Source: Eledone cirrhosa (taxonomy: Eukaryota). From it: a stretch of DNA of 64,000 bases. Under the pieces are notes generated by a model that was not told where the DNA came from, did not search any database, and was given only the letters and a program-made list of their open reading frames with translations. Position 1 is the first letter of the stretch. Every line of letters starts with the position of its first letter. Shown piece by piece: positions 1-13,880 of this stretch. The stretch covers positions 263,252,001 to 263,316,000 of the forward strand of contig OZ024742.1 in assembly GCA_964016885.1 (NCBI GenBank). Direction: 5' to 3'. The translations under genes and the position numbers were made by a program.

Positions 1-15
1 TTTGCTAAAATCTAG

Positions 16-309
16 GGCCAAACTCCTTTCTCACTAGCAGTTAGCCTTGGTCAATTACGAGTGGCTCAGTATTTAGAAAGACATCCGCTGAATATCACTA
101 CACCTAGTATTGACACTCCATTATCAAGTGCTCCTTCATCAAGAGCTTCTTCTTCCAACTCTCCTTCTGACACCAATGGAGACCACTTGAATCCACAAGA
201 AGCAGCAGATGCTGGCCCTAATGCAGTCAGTCCAACAAGTAATGCTGCAAGTGATACCGACACCAGCACTCCACCTCTTTCAAAGAGAATCAAAGTGGAA
301 GGCTCTTTG
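16..309 (+). CDS. Gene A internal exon: last ankyrin repeat plus Ser/Pro/Thr-rich linker with NLS-like KRIK
   Basis: Acceptor tctag at 11-15, donor gtgagt at 310, phase 0/0. Reads GQTPFSLAVSLGQLRVAQYLERH (ankyrin G-TP--LA---G---V---L pattern), then a low-complexity stretch ending PPLSKRIKVEGSL. Upstream exons lie outside the window. Confidence 0.8.
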
Positions 310-1142
310 GTGAGTAGATTTGTTGGGTTTTGTATTTATATTTTTTATGTATCTATTAGCTTCATATATTGAGATTTTTAGAATAGGTACACCATATCCC
401 TGCAAGTTGTAAAAGGTAACTAAAAGGATTAGCATCAGGAAGGGCTTCTGGCTGAAAAACATTGCTTCAAAATAGCCATCCAACCCATGCCAATATGGAA
501 AAGTGGGCGTAAAAACGATGATGGTGACAATTTATGGGCACAATGGATATGAGTTTAGGGTGTTCATGAGTCATTATTGCAGACATTCTGTTGTGTCCTG
601 ATTGTTGCAATTTGCCTGACTGAACAAGAAACAGCTGCTTCTCTCTACATTACTGCTGTGTGCTTAATGATAGAAAATACATTATCCACTTATATAAAAA
701 GAAAATTGCTTCAACAAGAATTTGGAGGAATTGATGTGAAACAATATACACATTAAATTTATAGGATTAACAGAAATTTTACTGTTGACAAAGGCCCTGC
801 AATATGTAGGTATGGTCCTTTACATTTCTAAGTTCAAATCCCTCTTAGGTCAGTCTTGCATTTTACCATTATGAGGTCAATAAAATACAATACCAGTCAA
901 ATACTGGAGTGGATTCTAATGATGCATCTTATATGTGAATGGAATGAGAACAATACAAAATTACAGTTGGCTGAGTGAAATGAAAAATCAAAGCTTGCAT
1001 CCTGTTGCCAGCTTCGCATTGTGCTTATGATGAACACATGTAACTCTCAAATGGCAATGCCCATCAGGTTATAAATAGGTACTATAGGGAAGTATATACA
1101 TCTCACTGTAGTAGGCAGTGGCAATACTGTATATTATTGGTT

Positions 1143-1790
1143 TTATTGTTGTTCTTCTTCTTCACTCACTTGTGGGGGCAGGGTCCTGAAACACTCCTCC
1201 CAGTGGGTCCTGTCAGAAACAACCATCTCCAACTGTTCTGGTTGGATCCCTAAGTGTGACCTGTCAAGCTCATGAATGTGATCCAACCATCTTACATGGG
1301 GTCTACCTCTGTATCTCCTACTAGTTGGTTTTGCCTGTAAAATCTCCCCAGCGCTTCTTTCCTGAGACATTCTAACCACATGTCCATAGAATCAGAGCTG
1401 TGATTTCTCAATTCGGAGAAGTAGCAGCTCTATCTGGAGTGATTTTCTGATCTCTGAGCTACACACTCTGTCAAGTTTGTATTCGCGATTGTATTTTGGT
1501 CATTACCCAAGATTTATGACCATAGATAAGGGTTGGCACGAATACCGAATTGAAGATAGCAAGTTAGGCTTTTACACCTACCTCCCTTCTTCTGATTATT
1601 GAATGCTGAAGTTGGAGCATTACTGTACCAGTTCCTGCAATTCTTGTACTTAATTCAGTCTCCTGCCTTCCATCACCCGTGAACACGGCCCCGAGATACT
1701 TGAATTTCTCCACCTGCTTTAGTGGAATTCCATTCACATGTAGAATGTACTGTGCAGACTTCCTTGGGAGGATGAACGTCTCTTTCTTAC
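1143..1790 (-). mobile_element. 5'-truncated RTE-clade LINE (RT C-terminus and 3' end)
   Basis: Minus strand reads VEKFKYLG...PTLIYG...GHVVRM...RGRPHVRWLD. Same family as 13190-13880. Confidence 0.75.
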
Positions 1791-1973
1791 CTTACAATGC
1801 ATTGTAAGGTTAGAAAGTAGGTTACCAGCAATCAGCTTTGATGAAGCTTACCCTTTTCAATATATTTGATTCTCCTTCACTATATGTTTATACATTTACA
1901 CATCAGAATTGTATACTGATTATCTTTCCCAGGTTTTATCTGATCAAATATTTTCTTTCTCTCTCTCCTTCAG

Positions 1974-2020
1974 TGTCAGCCTAGTGACAATGAATCTGAT
2001 GTCAGTGAAAACACAATGCA
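1974..2020 (+). CDS. Gene A internal exon (47 nt)
   Basis: Polypyrimidine tract plus cag acceptor, gtacgt donor. Reads CQPSDNESDVSENTM; phase 0 in and 2 out, matching both neighbours. Confidence 0.7.
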
Positions 2021-2414
2021 GTACGTCAAGTTTTTCAACCCTCTTCCTTGTTGTGAAATTGTTGTTAATAATTTTATTTTATTAGTCACCGAGACACATT
2101 AATTAAACAATGAAACGTATACAAAGGTGTTTACAAAATATATGGGAATGAACAAAAAGTTATATAAAGACAAATGGACAGGCAAAGATGCCACACAATA
2201 TTATTTTTTTTTTTAGATTACACAAAGTAATTAAATGATTAGAAAATAAATATAGTTATAAACTAAGGAGATATTTAAAAGAAACACAATCTCCTGGGTT
2301 GAATCAAGGCATTTCTCAACTCTCATCATCTTTGGGTTTGTTGTGAACCATGCTACTGGCATTAACATCAATTAGTTTTCCTTCAAGCCATTGTTTAACT
2401 GTAGTTTGAGCATC

Positions 2415-3020
2415 ATTATCATCACTGTTTAACGTCTGTTTTTCCATGCTTGTATGGGTTAGATGGGTCATCCTCGATGGGTCGCCATACCTTGCTGAAA
2501 CGGAACTGTATTTTGGCAGGGATTTTTACAGCTGGATCCCCTTCCTAACACCAACCACGTTTACAGTGTGGAACTGGGTGGTCATGTTATGAGCTAAGTC
2601 TGGCCAGGTGACCACGCCATACCTTGCACCTATTGGGATGGTGTGTTGGCTAGGTTTTTACAGCTGCTGGATGCCCTTCCTAATACCAACCATAATGTGG
2701 TTTACAATGTGGAGTTGGGTGGCACCATTATGAGGAGGGTCTGGCCAGTTAGCCGTACCTTGCCTTGCCTTGCTCATAGTGGGGCCGTGTTTGCAGGTTT
2801 TTTACAGCTTCAAGATTCCTTTCCTTCTATCAGCCACATTAATGAGATAACTCTGACCAGTTGACTGTGCCGTACCTTGCTCAAACAGAACTGTTTTGGA
2901 AGCTGGGATTTTTACAGCTGGATGCCTTTCCTAACAGCAACTACGCTTACAGTGTGGAGTTGGGTGGTCTTGTTATGAGACAGATCTAGCCAGATGACTG
3001 TACCATACCTTGCTCATTGT
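2415..3020 (-). mobile_element. Cluster of degenerate RTE-related SINE fragments
   Basis: Repeated tttacagctggatgcccttcctaa-ccaacc motif and a catcat...ttccatgct tail shared with the 49329 SINE family. Confidence 0.55.
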
Positions 3021-3452
3021 GATGTTTTGGGGAGGTGTATATACAATATATATAACATACAATGTAATGGAGTAACTGAGAAGTAACGGGGGTGGGGTGT
3101 TAGGCCATTGTCTGCCACTCAGCAAACCAGAAGGTGGTTAATAGGCCTGAGTGGAAGGGTCCTGTGATGGCATGAACTTGTATGAAAGTTGGTGTTGGTA
3201 AATAAGAAAAGTGAAATCTAAAGTAATAAGGTGCATAAGAAAATAGCAAAGGGCCATGATATCAAAATATGAAGACGTACATGAGAGCTATCAAATATCT
3301 CATCGAATTAAATATTTTTTTTTAATGGAAACTTTATGCAACCCACTATAGTAAGCCCATAAAAATTATCTTTAGAAGATTGTAAGGTATATTTATTGAT
3401 TTATTTTATTTATTTATTTTACTGACCTTAAACCCTTAACTCCTATTTCCAG

Positions 3453-3502
3453 GTATACTTCAAGGGAATATCCATCTAAAGTTAAGCATGTTTTGAGAAA
3501 AT
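3453..3502 (+). CDS. Gene A internal exon (50 nt)
   Basis: tttccag acceptor, gtgagt donor. Reads (Q)YTSREYPSKVKHVLRK; phase 2 in, 1 out. Confidence 0.7.
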
Positions 3503-3963
3503 GTGAGTATCCTTTCATCTTATTATGTACCACACTAAATATTTAACTTGTTTTTACACATGTACACACTGTCTCGTAAGTAAAGAAGCTTTGCATTTTT
3601 AAAGTAATATGAATACTCTTTCATTAGTGGGACACTTAATGCTATAATATTTACACTTTTCAATAGTTATTTCAGTCTTATTTTGTTGATCTATATTTAT
3701 TGAATGGCCAAGTTATAATATTCCACAGACATGTGTTTTATGCATTTAATAGATCTTTCTAGAAAATGCTATCACCACATAAGAGACTACAGAGGCCACT
3801 TGATTATATCATGTACATATAGTTTGGTGACTACTTCAGTAGGATACACTTTGCTTTCTTCTGCCAATTCACATTGCCCTTCAGTAAAATATGATAATGC
3901 AATTTTTTTTAAAGTTTTTATTTTATTTTATTTATTTATTTTTATTTATTAATTTGTTTCAAG

Positions 3964-4107
3964 GTTCTAACAACAGTTCTGATGGAATTCTGAAACAATA
4001 TCTCCATATTTGCAATGATAGAGCTCGTGAAAATCTTATTGCCAGCATCAACATGGACAAAGACCAGTGTCTGCAAGAACTGAAGGTCACTGAAGAAAGA
4101 TTGGCAG
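3964..4107 (+). CDS. Gene A penultimate exon (144 nt), helical domain
   Basis: tttcaag acceptor, gtaggt donor, phase 1/1. Reads (C)SNNSSDGILKQYLHICNDRARENLIASINMDKDQCLQELKVTEERLA; homologous to exon 18295-18435. Confidence 0.8.
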
Positions 4108-4309
4108 GTAGGTAAAAAAAAAGACTACTATCTTTTATTTTATCTTCCAATTAGTTTGATGGATTTGGTTTTGATCTTTTAGTATAATTCTAATATACAC
4201 AATCTTGGGTACACAAGAGGTGAAGTGGGATAGCAGAAAGACCAACAGAAAAGTTAGGCTTTGTATGTGGCAGATGCACTGATAGTTGGTAGTAAGACTG
4301 TTAGTGAAA

Positions 4310-4842
4310 TAAACTTCCAATCCCCAAAAGGATCCATAGAAGTAGTTGATAGATTCTGCTACCTAGGCGATTTAATTAAAAGTAGAGGAGGTTGCCCTTA
4401 GAACATAGTAGTTAGAATAAGAACAGGATAGAAAACGTTTCGGGAGCTACTACTTCTGTTGACAACAAAAAGTCAGCTGTATGATGCTTGCGAGCGATGT
4501 GTTATGGTATTGAGACATGGGCAGTGAAGGCTAGATAAAAATGAAATGAGTACACTCCAATGGATGTGCATAAATGACACTGCAGGGATGAGCTGAGAGA
4601 AAAGCTGAGTATAAGAGGAATCAGATATTGTTTGCAGGTCAGAAGACTTCATTGGTATGGACATGTGATGCATAGGGATGATGATCATTGGATGAAGAAG
4701 TGCCAGGAAATTGCAGTGGACGGTGACCAAGGAAGACTTAGGCAAAGATCTGATCACAAATCGCTGAAATTCACAGAAGGACTGCGATGAATGGTGGGAT
4801 GCTATGCTGGAAAAGTGGGCATTAAACAGTCATGATGATGAT
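4310..4842 (+). mobile_element. Degenerate RTE LINE 3' fragment
   Basis: EVVDRFCYLG and WYGHVM-like segments collinear with 54650-55270, ending in an (ATG)n tail. Confidence 0.65.
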
Positions 4843-5479
4843 TCTCATGTAGGATTTTATAGGAATAGTAAATTGACTCCAGCATTTGACTGGTATTTTA
4901 TTTTACAGACCCTGGTAGTGTAAATAAATTTGACTTTGTTAGAATTTTGTAAGGTGGTTGGTATTAGGAAAGGCATCCAGCTGTAGAAGCTTTGCCAAAT
5001 ATAGAATGTACCGAGTGAGACCTTTACCCCTTTACCCTCATTCAAATCATACCCTACCATTTTAAATAACAAAGAGTACATTGGATAAATACGTTATGTC
5101 TGTACAACAAGATGGTTGTAATTTCAGCACAGTTCTTGTTGGTCAGAGGTAGATTGGGGCTAAATAGCAACTCCAACATCTGTATCTCTTGTCAATGATG
5201 AATATTTCCAGTCTTTTGATCAACAGAATATGGTATAAGTGGGCAAGCATTTGCACTCTAAAAGGTGAACCCCAGACATAAACAACATCATACTATTTGT
5301 GACAAGGCTGCTCTTTTGAATTACAAGCACATTTTAACCAACAGCTTTCATATATTCTCCATTTAGTGTCAGTGTCATACAGTAGGCGCAAACTATTTAT
5401 GTATATGCCAGCATACAACAACATATTGTAGTCTGTGAAAACTTATTTTTAATCTTTTTTTTTTTTGTCCTTCATGCAG

Positions 5480-5691
5480 CTTTATCCCGACAAATTGAAT
5501 CCATATGCACAGAGAAACACAAGAAAGAGACTGAAATCCGTCGACTTATGATAGAGATGAAGGTGTTTGACCAGAGTTTGGAGAAATTGAAAGAAGAGAA
5601 GCAAGAATTGACAGAGAAGTCATCCTCTCTCGATGCCAAAATCTCACTGTGTGTGTCTGTCTTAAAGATTGTTCACAACAAAAACACATGA
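5480..5691 (+). CDS. Gene A terminal exon, coiled coil
   Basis: Poly-T plus tgcag acceptor, phase 1. Reads (A)LSRQIESICTEKHKKETEIRRLMIEMKVFDQSLEKLKEEKQELTEKSSSLDAKISLCVSVLKIVHNKNT*, with TGA at 5689-5691. Confidence 0.8.
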
Positions 5692-5995
5692 TCTCACGTT
5701 AGTTTGTATGTACTGTTGAAGAATGTAGCTCATTCTAAAAGTTTACTAATGGAATTATTCTAACAAACCCTCTCCCAACCACCCATCTCTTTCTCATGAT
5801 GTAGACTGTTGAGTTCTTGCATCGATTAAGAAGTGGGGGTGAAAAATACACCACTAAATTGGAGAAAATGAATAGAGAAGAAAATTTCTTATACATATAT
5901 TCATAGATAATTTGTTGACGTTTGGGTTTGATGATAAATGCATATACACACACATGTATCTATCTATATCTCTCTCTCTCCCTCCCTCTCTCTCG

Positions 5996-6040
<45 letters not shown>

Positions 6041-8572
6041 AACACATACACATTGTCACTTTATCATCTCATTTTTTTTACACTGGCATGGGTTGGATAG
6101 GTTTGCACTACAGCATATTGCCATTCTCCACTTGCTCTATATTGTCTGCCGTTCATACCTTCCACTAATAATTTCCACTCAGCAGGCAAAGTCAACTCAA
6201 ATCCCATGTCCAACATATATTAAACAATACCTTCAATGCCTAGCCACTCTATCAGTTCATTTGTAATCCAGTTTTATAATGGATTTATTCTTACCTTACT
6301 TTTCTTCAATCTCCACTGGTCTTCCACGTTTAATAACTGTATCTCTCTACCATGTAACATCATTTCCTTACTCATGCTCCGTGCAGAGAGGAAAATCTTT
6401 TATTGCCAACTGGTACACACCTTAAGCTTCAAACTAGTATGCTTTCACTATAATAACTGTTTGTACAGATTAGATTACCCAGACAACAAGCTAACAACTG
6501 TCTCATGAGATATCTAAGCAATCCATGGACCTTATTTCATGGTTGCTAACTACATCTGTACATCTATCACATCTGCAGTTCTGGTTCTATGTTTGCCTGT
6601 CAGAGATCACTGCATCTTTTGTGTATGCATTGTTTGTATTGAGTACAAGATCTAACCTATTCCATTCCTACACACTGAGCAAGACCTCTTCTCAAATGTA
6701 CTGCTATTTTGTGTTCTCTATCACTAATTAATGTTTTTGATTTTGCTACATTGACCTTTGGACACTGGACCATGTTTTAAGCTTTGCTAACTTCTACAAC
6801 TCTTTAACTGGTTCTGTAGTGAAAATTAAATCATCAACATAGAGACTATCTGAAAGAAAATGAACTCAGAACATGTACAATAGCCTTAATAACTATAATG
6901 AATAAGATGGGGCTAAGAACAGTGCTCTGGTTAATACCTACCTCGCTGAATACACTCTATCTGCGTGTTTGTGTGTTTAGCTTGCTAGTCATTGAGTATT
7001 TCTGCAATACCTTCACTGCCACCTCTTGGCAATGTCTTTTTTTTAACTTTCTTATTTTATCTTTTTTTATATAACATTTTCACATACGTCTCTCTCTCTC
7101 TCCCTCCCTCCCACCATAATCACCAAATATTTTTCACTCAAGCCTATTAATAGTCAACTACATGGTTGTTTAACTTGCTAGAACTATCAGCCAAATATCT
7201 CTTGAATTACACCATGCTGTCTTTAAAAAAGGAAGGAAACATTGGACAATGTAGTCCTAGATACAAAAAAAAGACAGGATGGTCATCATTGGAAAGTTTT
7301 TGATTATAGATCTCAATGAAAATCAACATCTCAATAGGTTGATTCAGTAATTCCATTACTGAAGAGTGCAACTATTTGGTACAATTGATGCCATTGCATG
7401 TTGATTTAAGGTTCAGTTGCTGGTCTGCTTGGCTACTTTTAGATCACATGTTTAAAATCTTGCTATAGTAGTGACATAGACTTATTCTATATGTAAAATT
7501 CAAAGAAGCTTAGTTCTAATATAATACCTAAATTCTGTGTGTGTGTGTATGTTGATGAATTATACATATGTATGTATCTATATGTATGTATCTGTATATG
7601 TGTGTGTGCCTCTGATTGTATATAAATATATTATGATCATCATTATCATTTTATATACAATTTTTTATGTCTTTGTGTCACATAACTGAGCAAGTTAATA
7701 AAAAGATTGATAAAATAAGTATCTGGCTTGAAGAAAATAAGCACTATAATCTATATGATCAACTAAATCCATTCAAGGTGGTGCTTCAACATTACCATAG
7801 TCCAGTAACAGAAAGTAGTAAAAGATATACGTGTGTGTGTATTGCAAAATTGGCAACAGGTACAAGAATTCCATGGTCATTGGCTAGTCCATTTGGAGTC
7901 ACAGTGTCTAACAAGATAGTTCAACACTGTCCTGAAGTATATTACAAGATGAAAATAAAGCAGAACTTACATGTGTGTGTATGTATATATATATATATAT
8001 ATATAAGGAATCTATCAATGTTGCATTTACAGGAAAGCCATATAAGTCAATTTTTCTGGAATAGCCTGATCAACACTAATATTACTTGAAATGAATTCAT
8101 TATATCCGAGTGGCAATTTATTAATTATTTGATTTAAAGGAACTTTGAACAGATGACAAAGGCACTATGTGAACCCCATACAAAAGATAGCAACAACAAA
8201 TACCCAGCAATATATATATTTGTGTGCATATATATTTATTTGAGTACTGACTGGTCTGTGATGACACATCCAACTCTTGTTAGCAAGGAAAATGGGCATT
8301 AAATGATAATGATATGTGTGTATATACACACACATCTGTGTATGTATATATATATTTGTATATACGCATTTTGTTAATGGTTTGAAGAAAGGGCCTGTTC
8401 CCATGGTCTTTGCAGGCCATTTGAGACCGGTGAGATTGATGCAGTTGATGTTCCTGAACAGCTGCAAATACCAATCGAAACTAGTCGAGCTATTCTTGAG
8501 TTTATCATGCAAAGAGGCTGAATGTACGTTTATCAAAGATATGCAAGTGAACTTACAATTTATATGTGTATA

Positions 8573-8603
<31 letters not shown>

Positions 8604-8607
<4 letters not shown>

Positions 8608-8665
8608 CTTTGATAACTTTCGGTCTGTGTTGGCCGAGGCCCTGTCTAATTTAATAGCACCACCA
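8604..8665 (-). mobile_element. Very short 3' tail of the CR1-type family seen at 61886
   Basis: ataactttgataacttt...ttggcc-aggc--tgtctaa-ttaatagcaccacc matches 61886-61955; both copies abut (TA)n. Confidence 0.6.
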
Positions 8666-9248
8666 ATATATATTTCATCATCATCAACAGCACTTTACAT
8701 CCTCTTTTCCATTTATATATATATATGTGTGTGTGTGTGTATGTATAGTTATAAGACAAATGGTATATCTGATTATCTTGGATTATTTTTTTTACACAGA
8801 AATATTTCATAGTAGAAAGCAGCTATTGAAGCTAGGTGCAGATTGTATAAAAGGTCTTGTATTATTGCAAAACTTAATTGAAAGCAATTGACATTGAATG
8901 GTTGCAGCTCAGTAGTAATGTTGTTAAAGCAAAATAATTAAATTATTTTCAGAAAGATAAATCAATTCTTCCCTCTCTTGTTACTATATTTATTTATTTG
9001 AGTGCATGCCAACATAAGCAAAATGGAGGTTAAAATGATGTTGATCATGATATATATATACAAAATTATTTCTACATGATTAGAACTGTTTCATTTGTTT
9101 TCATCATCAGAACTTTCTGATGATTCCAAATAAATGAAACACTTCTGTAGAAGTCATATTTATATAGACACACATATATGTGTGTGTGTGTGTGTGAAAA
9201 TTAATAAAATACTTAGAAATTACTTTTAGTAAAATGTGTAGTCTGTTT

Positions 9249-9287
<39 letters not shown>

Positions 9288-11929
9288 GAAGGAGGTCAAT
9301 GTGTAATTATCCATACCATAGTTTCTCACAGGTATTCAAGTAGATCCTAGTGATCCTTATTTGATGTGAAGTTAGAGGCAGGAATGGAAACGGAAATAGT
9401 AATTATCCATGTGTGTGTGTGTGTATAATCAGCAGTGGCTTCATTCAAAATGGATTTTCAACTATATACATACTTATATAAGAATATATGTGAAACATGT
9501 CAACCCAATGTACTGATGCAAGTATACTAGTGTCTTGTATAATGACATTAGTACAGTACATTATACTCGTAATCTAAACACATGCAAACACTTTAATTGT
9601 AACTGAAAATTTGGACATTTTAACAAATTGTTGGTTCATGTGTAGCTGCTTACCATCCACATAACACCAACAACCTACATTCAGGTAAAGTTTAAAGGGC
9701 TTCTCTCCTTCACATTACACATAATACTTGTATGTTGGATGGCTTAAACTTGTGGACTCACTATATAAACAGCAGCACTATAATTATTTACACATTAACG
9801 TTTTGTCCTTTTCTATTGCATCTATTTTAGTCATTTCATCATTTTCATTTTATGTTTTCTTTTCTGTTTTGCTCTTCTATTTTTAATCTGTTTTCTTTCT
9901 TGTGTTCTAATTTTTTCTTGTTTTCATCTTCTGACATCCACCTCTTTCACTGGATCGTCAGTCTGTTGATCTCAAGCAATTCAAATTCAATATAGAGCCC
10001 AGCCCACTTCAAACACACTCTATAAATTATTGGAGATGAAAGGGTAGGCCTACCCTTCCAACCTAATGCTACCACTACTCCTAACCAATTAATAATGATG
10101 TTTGCTGTGACCTCTCCATTCCAACAGTGTCTTAGGTTCATATGTATTTCTCTATATCTCTCTAATTATATAAATTTCAATAATGACAGATTCACTGCCA
10201 CCATTTCCACAACTAACGTCATTATCACCACCTTTCAAAAAGAAAAAAAATGAATGATGACACATTCTTTTTTTTTTTTTAACTTTTTTTGTTTTCTTTT
10301 TGTTCTTGGTTTTCAAGATTATGAGAAAAACATATTTCTAAACAAATAAAATCATATTTTATTATCAACCATTTGGTATTTTATCATTTGAACCAGAAAC
10401 TACACATGTTGATATGTCTGTATAAGGTGGCAAATTGACAGTCTATTAGAGTACATTGAGACATTTATTCCAGCTCTCCGAGTTCTAATCCAGCCGAGTT
10501 CAACTTTGCCTTTCATCCTTTCAGGGTCAATAAATGAATTACCAATCCACCGCTGAAGTTGATTCTTCTTTTTTTTTTCTTTTATTTCTTCCTGGAAGAA
10601 ATTGGCTGTGGTTAACCATAGAGATAGCTCCATGTGGATTTAAAACAGGCTTAAGACATCACATGTGTCATAACAGCACACGTACAACATCCATGGGAAT
10701 TAAGGACTGAAGTGGGGAAGGTTATGTATATCCCAATGGATAAGTGAAAGGTGAAGAAACAGAATTTGAATTCATTCTATAATGTATCTTAACTAAATAG
10801 CACTTTACTGGTTCTACTATCACTGCTCTACTTTAAAATTTCAATAATAAGGATTTTTAACATAAGACCCTGGTGGGGTGAAGAAGCAAAGTTTACCACA
10901 GCCAGATTTGAACTCAAATTAAAGCATTCTATCTATTGCTCAACCAGTTCTGCTATCTACTACCTTTTACTAAATGCTGCTTTATCCATGGCAGTTCTAT
11001 AGCCATATGCCATTCCTAATGCCAACCCACACTTTTCAGTTTGGTTAAAGATTTATTGACTTAACAGTGTTTTGGAGGCTAAGACATAGACTAACATAAA
11101 CATACATACAAACGATGGGCTTTCAAAGTGCCCATCTACCAAATTCACTGACAATGCATTCGTCAACTCAAGATTATAGTAGAAAGTATTTGTGTAAGGT
11201 GCCACACAGTGGGGCTGAACTTGAAACTACTTGCTTTAGAAGCAAACTTGTAAACCACAGTGATGACAGCATTGTTTCTAATATAGACACAATGCCAGAA
11301 ATTTGAGAGATGGGAAACAGTTGGCTACATCGACCCCAGAACCTGACCGGTAATTTATTTTATCAACCCTAGAGATAAAGGCAAAGTTGACCTCAACAGG
11401 ATTTGAACTCAGAACTCAAAGAGCTGGCAAAAATATTGAAAGATATTTTGTCCCATGCTGTAAGAATACTGCCAATCCACCACCCTAGTTATAACTTTTC
11501 TATTAGCCACAAATTTATGAGTGTTGTTGATGAAATCTTGATAGAATGAAAACCTCATAAAATTTAATTGGTCAGTTCACCTCTAAAAGTTGCTTTGTCT
11601 TCATATAATGTATCCATGGTCAAGGGATCCCTGTAAAATTTGCTTCATCCTGTGTATCCATGAACAAGTGAGTTTTGTAAATGCTTTCTCTCTCTCTAGG
11701 ATATTTTACTTTGGCTGGACATCACTGGCACAAGGGGCTAACAAAGTAAAATGATTCAACCAAGAATTAAATCTACATTACAGCTTCATCTTCAAAAGAC
11801 CATATCTTTCTCAACATTGTATGTATTCCTGTAAGGTGCTCACGACGAGAGAGCCTATTCCTCCTAAGGTAACATACCAAAAGAGCACCTAGCCCTCCCT
11901 GCAAGGTGGTCATGCTGGTGACATGACAA

Positions 11930-12176
11930 ATAAGCACTCAGTCAAACCTGTAAAGTGGTGGCACAAGAAAAGGCATCTAGTCTGCTCTGTGGAGTGGTGT
12001 TGGTGACAACAAAAGTACCCAATCCAACCTGTAAAAGTGGTTGTCGTTAGGGAGGGCATCCAGCTAGAAACAGTTCTGTATGAGCAAAACATGGTCATCT
12101 GATCTGACTTGTCTCACAAAAGGACAACTCGTCTAATCCATACTAGCATGGAAAATGGACATTAAACGATGATATG
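11930..12176 (+). mobile_element. RTE-related SINE copy
   Basis: gtaaaagtggttg...ggagggcatccagct core and ...agcatggaaaatggacattaaacgatgat tail. Confidence 0.55.
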
Positions 12177-13189
12177 AACCCGTAACTCTTCATTGAGTGA
12201 TATACAGCATCTTTACATTTTAAATCTGACAGAATCCATCCCCTTTTCAGATCTGAACACTGCCGATTTCTTCCTGGGGAGAGAGAAAGTGAGAAACAGA
12301 TATAGAGGACGAATTGACTCCAATACTGGACTGGCATTTTTTTTATTGACCATGAATGCATGAAAAGCAAAGTTGATAGGCAAGTTCTGAATGCAGAGTC
12401 AGAATAGATACCACCAAGCATTTTAACAACTCTGTGCCAATTTCTTGCCTTTCTACAGCATATTAATGCTGTAGAAAGGCAACTTAATTATTGATTGAAT
12501 AATACTTCTGTCTATTCTGAAAAGACATCAGCCAGACTTCCATTGCAGATACTGTATATACTCAAGTATAATGCAAGTTTTTATGATTAAATTTGAACTC
12601 ACAAATAGGGTCACATTATACACAGGTATTTGGAGGGGCTGATATTCATATATTTTTGGTGATAGAATAAAGGAAATCAGCTGAAGCATACCTTGGCGAT
12701 GTAAACATGAATGAAAGCCAATGTATTTGCAAATCTTTATTCTGTCAGGTGTTTTAAGTGATTTTTCTCAATATCATTAGGTTAGCTATGCACAAAAAAC
12801 ATGGAAACTAGGGAAAGTGTAGGACAAATGAAAAAATTTAGCCAGACAATCTGGTTAACTACCAATATTTATTTGTTAAAAACATCATTTAATATTTTAC
12901 TCATGATAGGTTTGCCCATATTACTCAAAAGCTAAGGCTGCATTATACATGAACTCTCTGAAAAAATAGGCACTTTAGAATAAAACCAGGAGTTACACTT
13001 CCTTCTGAACCCTCTGGGCTCCCGTATATGCAAATATTTGTGCATCCAATCCATGCCCCCCCCCCCCCCCCCCCCCCCCCCCTGCTTGCTTATATAGCAA
13101 CTAACCATCATATCTGGTAGCTGTATCACTATCAGCCATCTGCAACCCTGTCTCTAGCAGAACAGCTCTACCAAGAACTTCATAGCTTT

Positions 13190-13880
13190 GATGCCAAGTG
13201 ATGCATGGCTAGAATGAAAATCAGTGCTGTGAAAATTAGGACACTCATCTTCTCAAGGAAGCCTACACAGTGTGAATGGAGTTCTACTGAAGCAGGTGTA
13301 AAAGTTCAAATATTTCAGGGCCATGTTCACAAGTGATAGCAGGCAGGAGGTTGAATTAAGTGCAAGAATTGCAGGAGCTGGTGCAGTAATGTGCCAGCTT
13401 CAGCATTCAGTAATCAGAAGGGAGGTAGGTGTAAAGCCAAACTTGCTATCTTCAATTTGATATTCATGCCAACCCTTACATATGGTCATGTATCTTGGGT
13501 AATGACCGAAAGAATACGATCACAAATGCAAACGTCTGAAATGGGGTTCCTCTGAAGGGTCTTTGGAGTAATGTTACGTGATAAAGTGCGTAGCTCGGAG
13601 ATCAGAGAGTCACTCCAGGTAGAACTGCTACTTCTCTGAATTGAGAGATCACAGCTCCAATACTACAGGCATGTGGTTAGAATGTCTCAGGAAAGAATTG
13701 CTGGACAGTTTTTACGAGCAAAACCAACCAGCAGGAGACCAAGATGGTTGGATAATATCCATGAACTTGGCTGGTCTCACTTGGGGATCCAACCGGATCA
13801 GTTGGAGATGGTTGCTTCTGACAGGACTTGCTGGAAGGAGTGTTTGAGGACTCTGCCCCAACAACCCTCTCAGGAATAAG
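13190..13880 (+). mobile_element. 5'-truncated RTE-clade LINE
   Basis: KFKYF, PTLTYG-VSWVMTERIRSQMQTSEMGFL and GM/VVRMSQER...RWLDNI; homologous to 1143-1790. Confidence 0.75.

Noticed and set aside
9600-10150. Lys/Glu-rich minus-strand reading (MSEDENKKKLEHKKENRLK...) as an exon
   Set aside because: Short, interrupted by stops and without consistent splice sites; probably a decayed retroelement or low-complexity DNA.
12550-12960. pogo/Tc2-like element (tactgtatatactcaagtataa end)
   Set aside because: Only one plausible terminus and no coding remnant recognised.
13056-13083. Poly-C run giving a poly-Gly ORF
   Set aside because: Homopolymer only; its length is unreliable.
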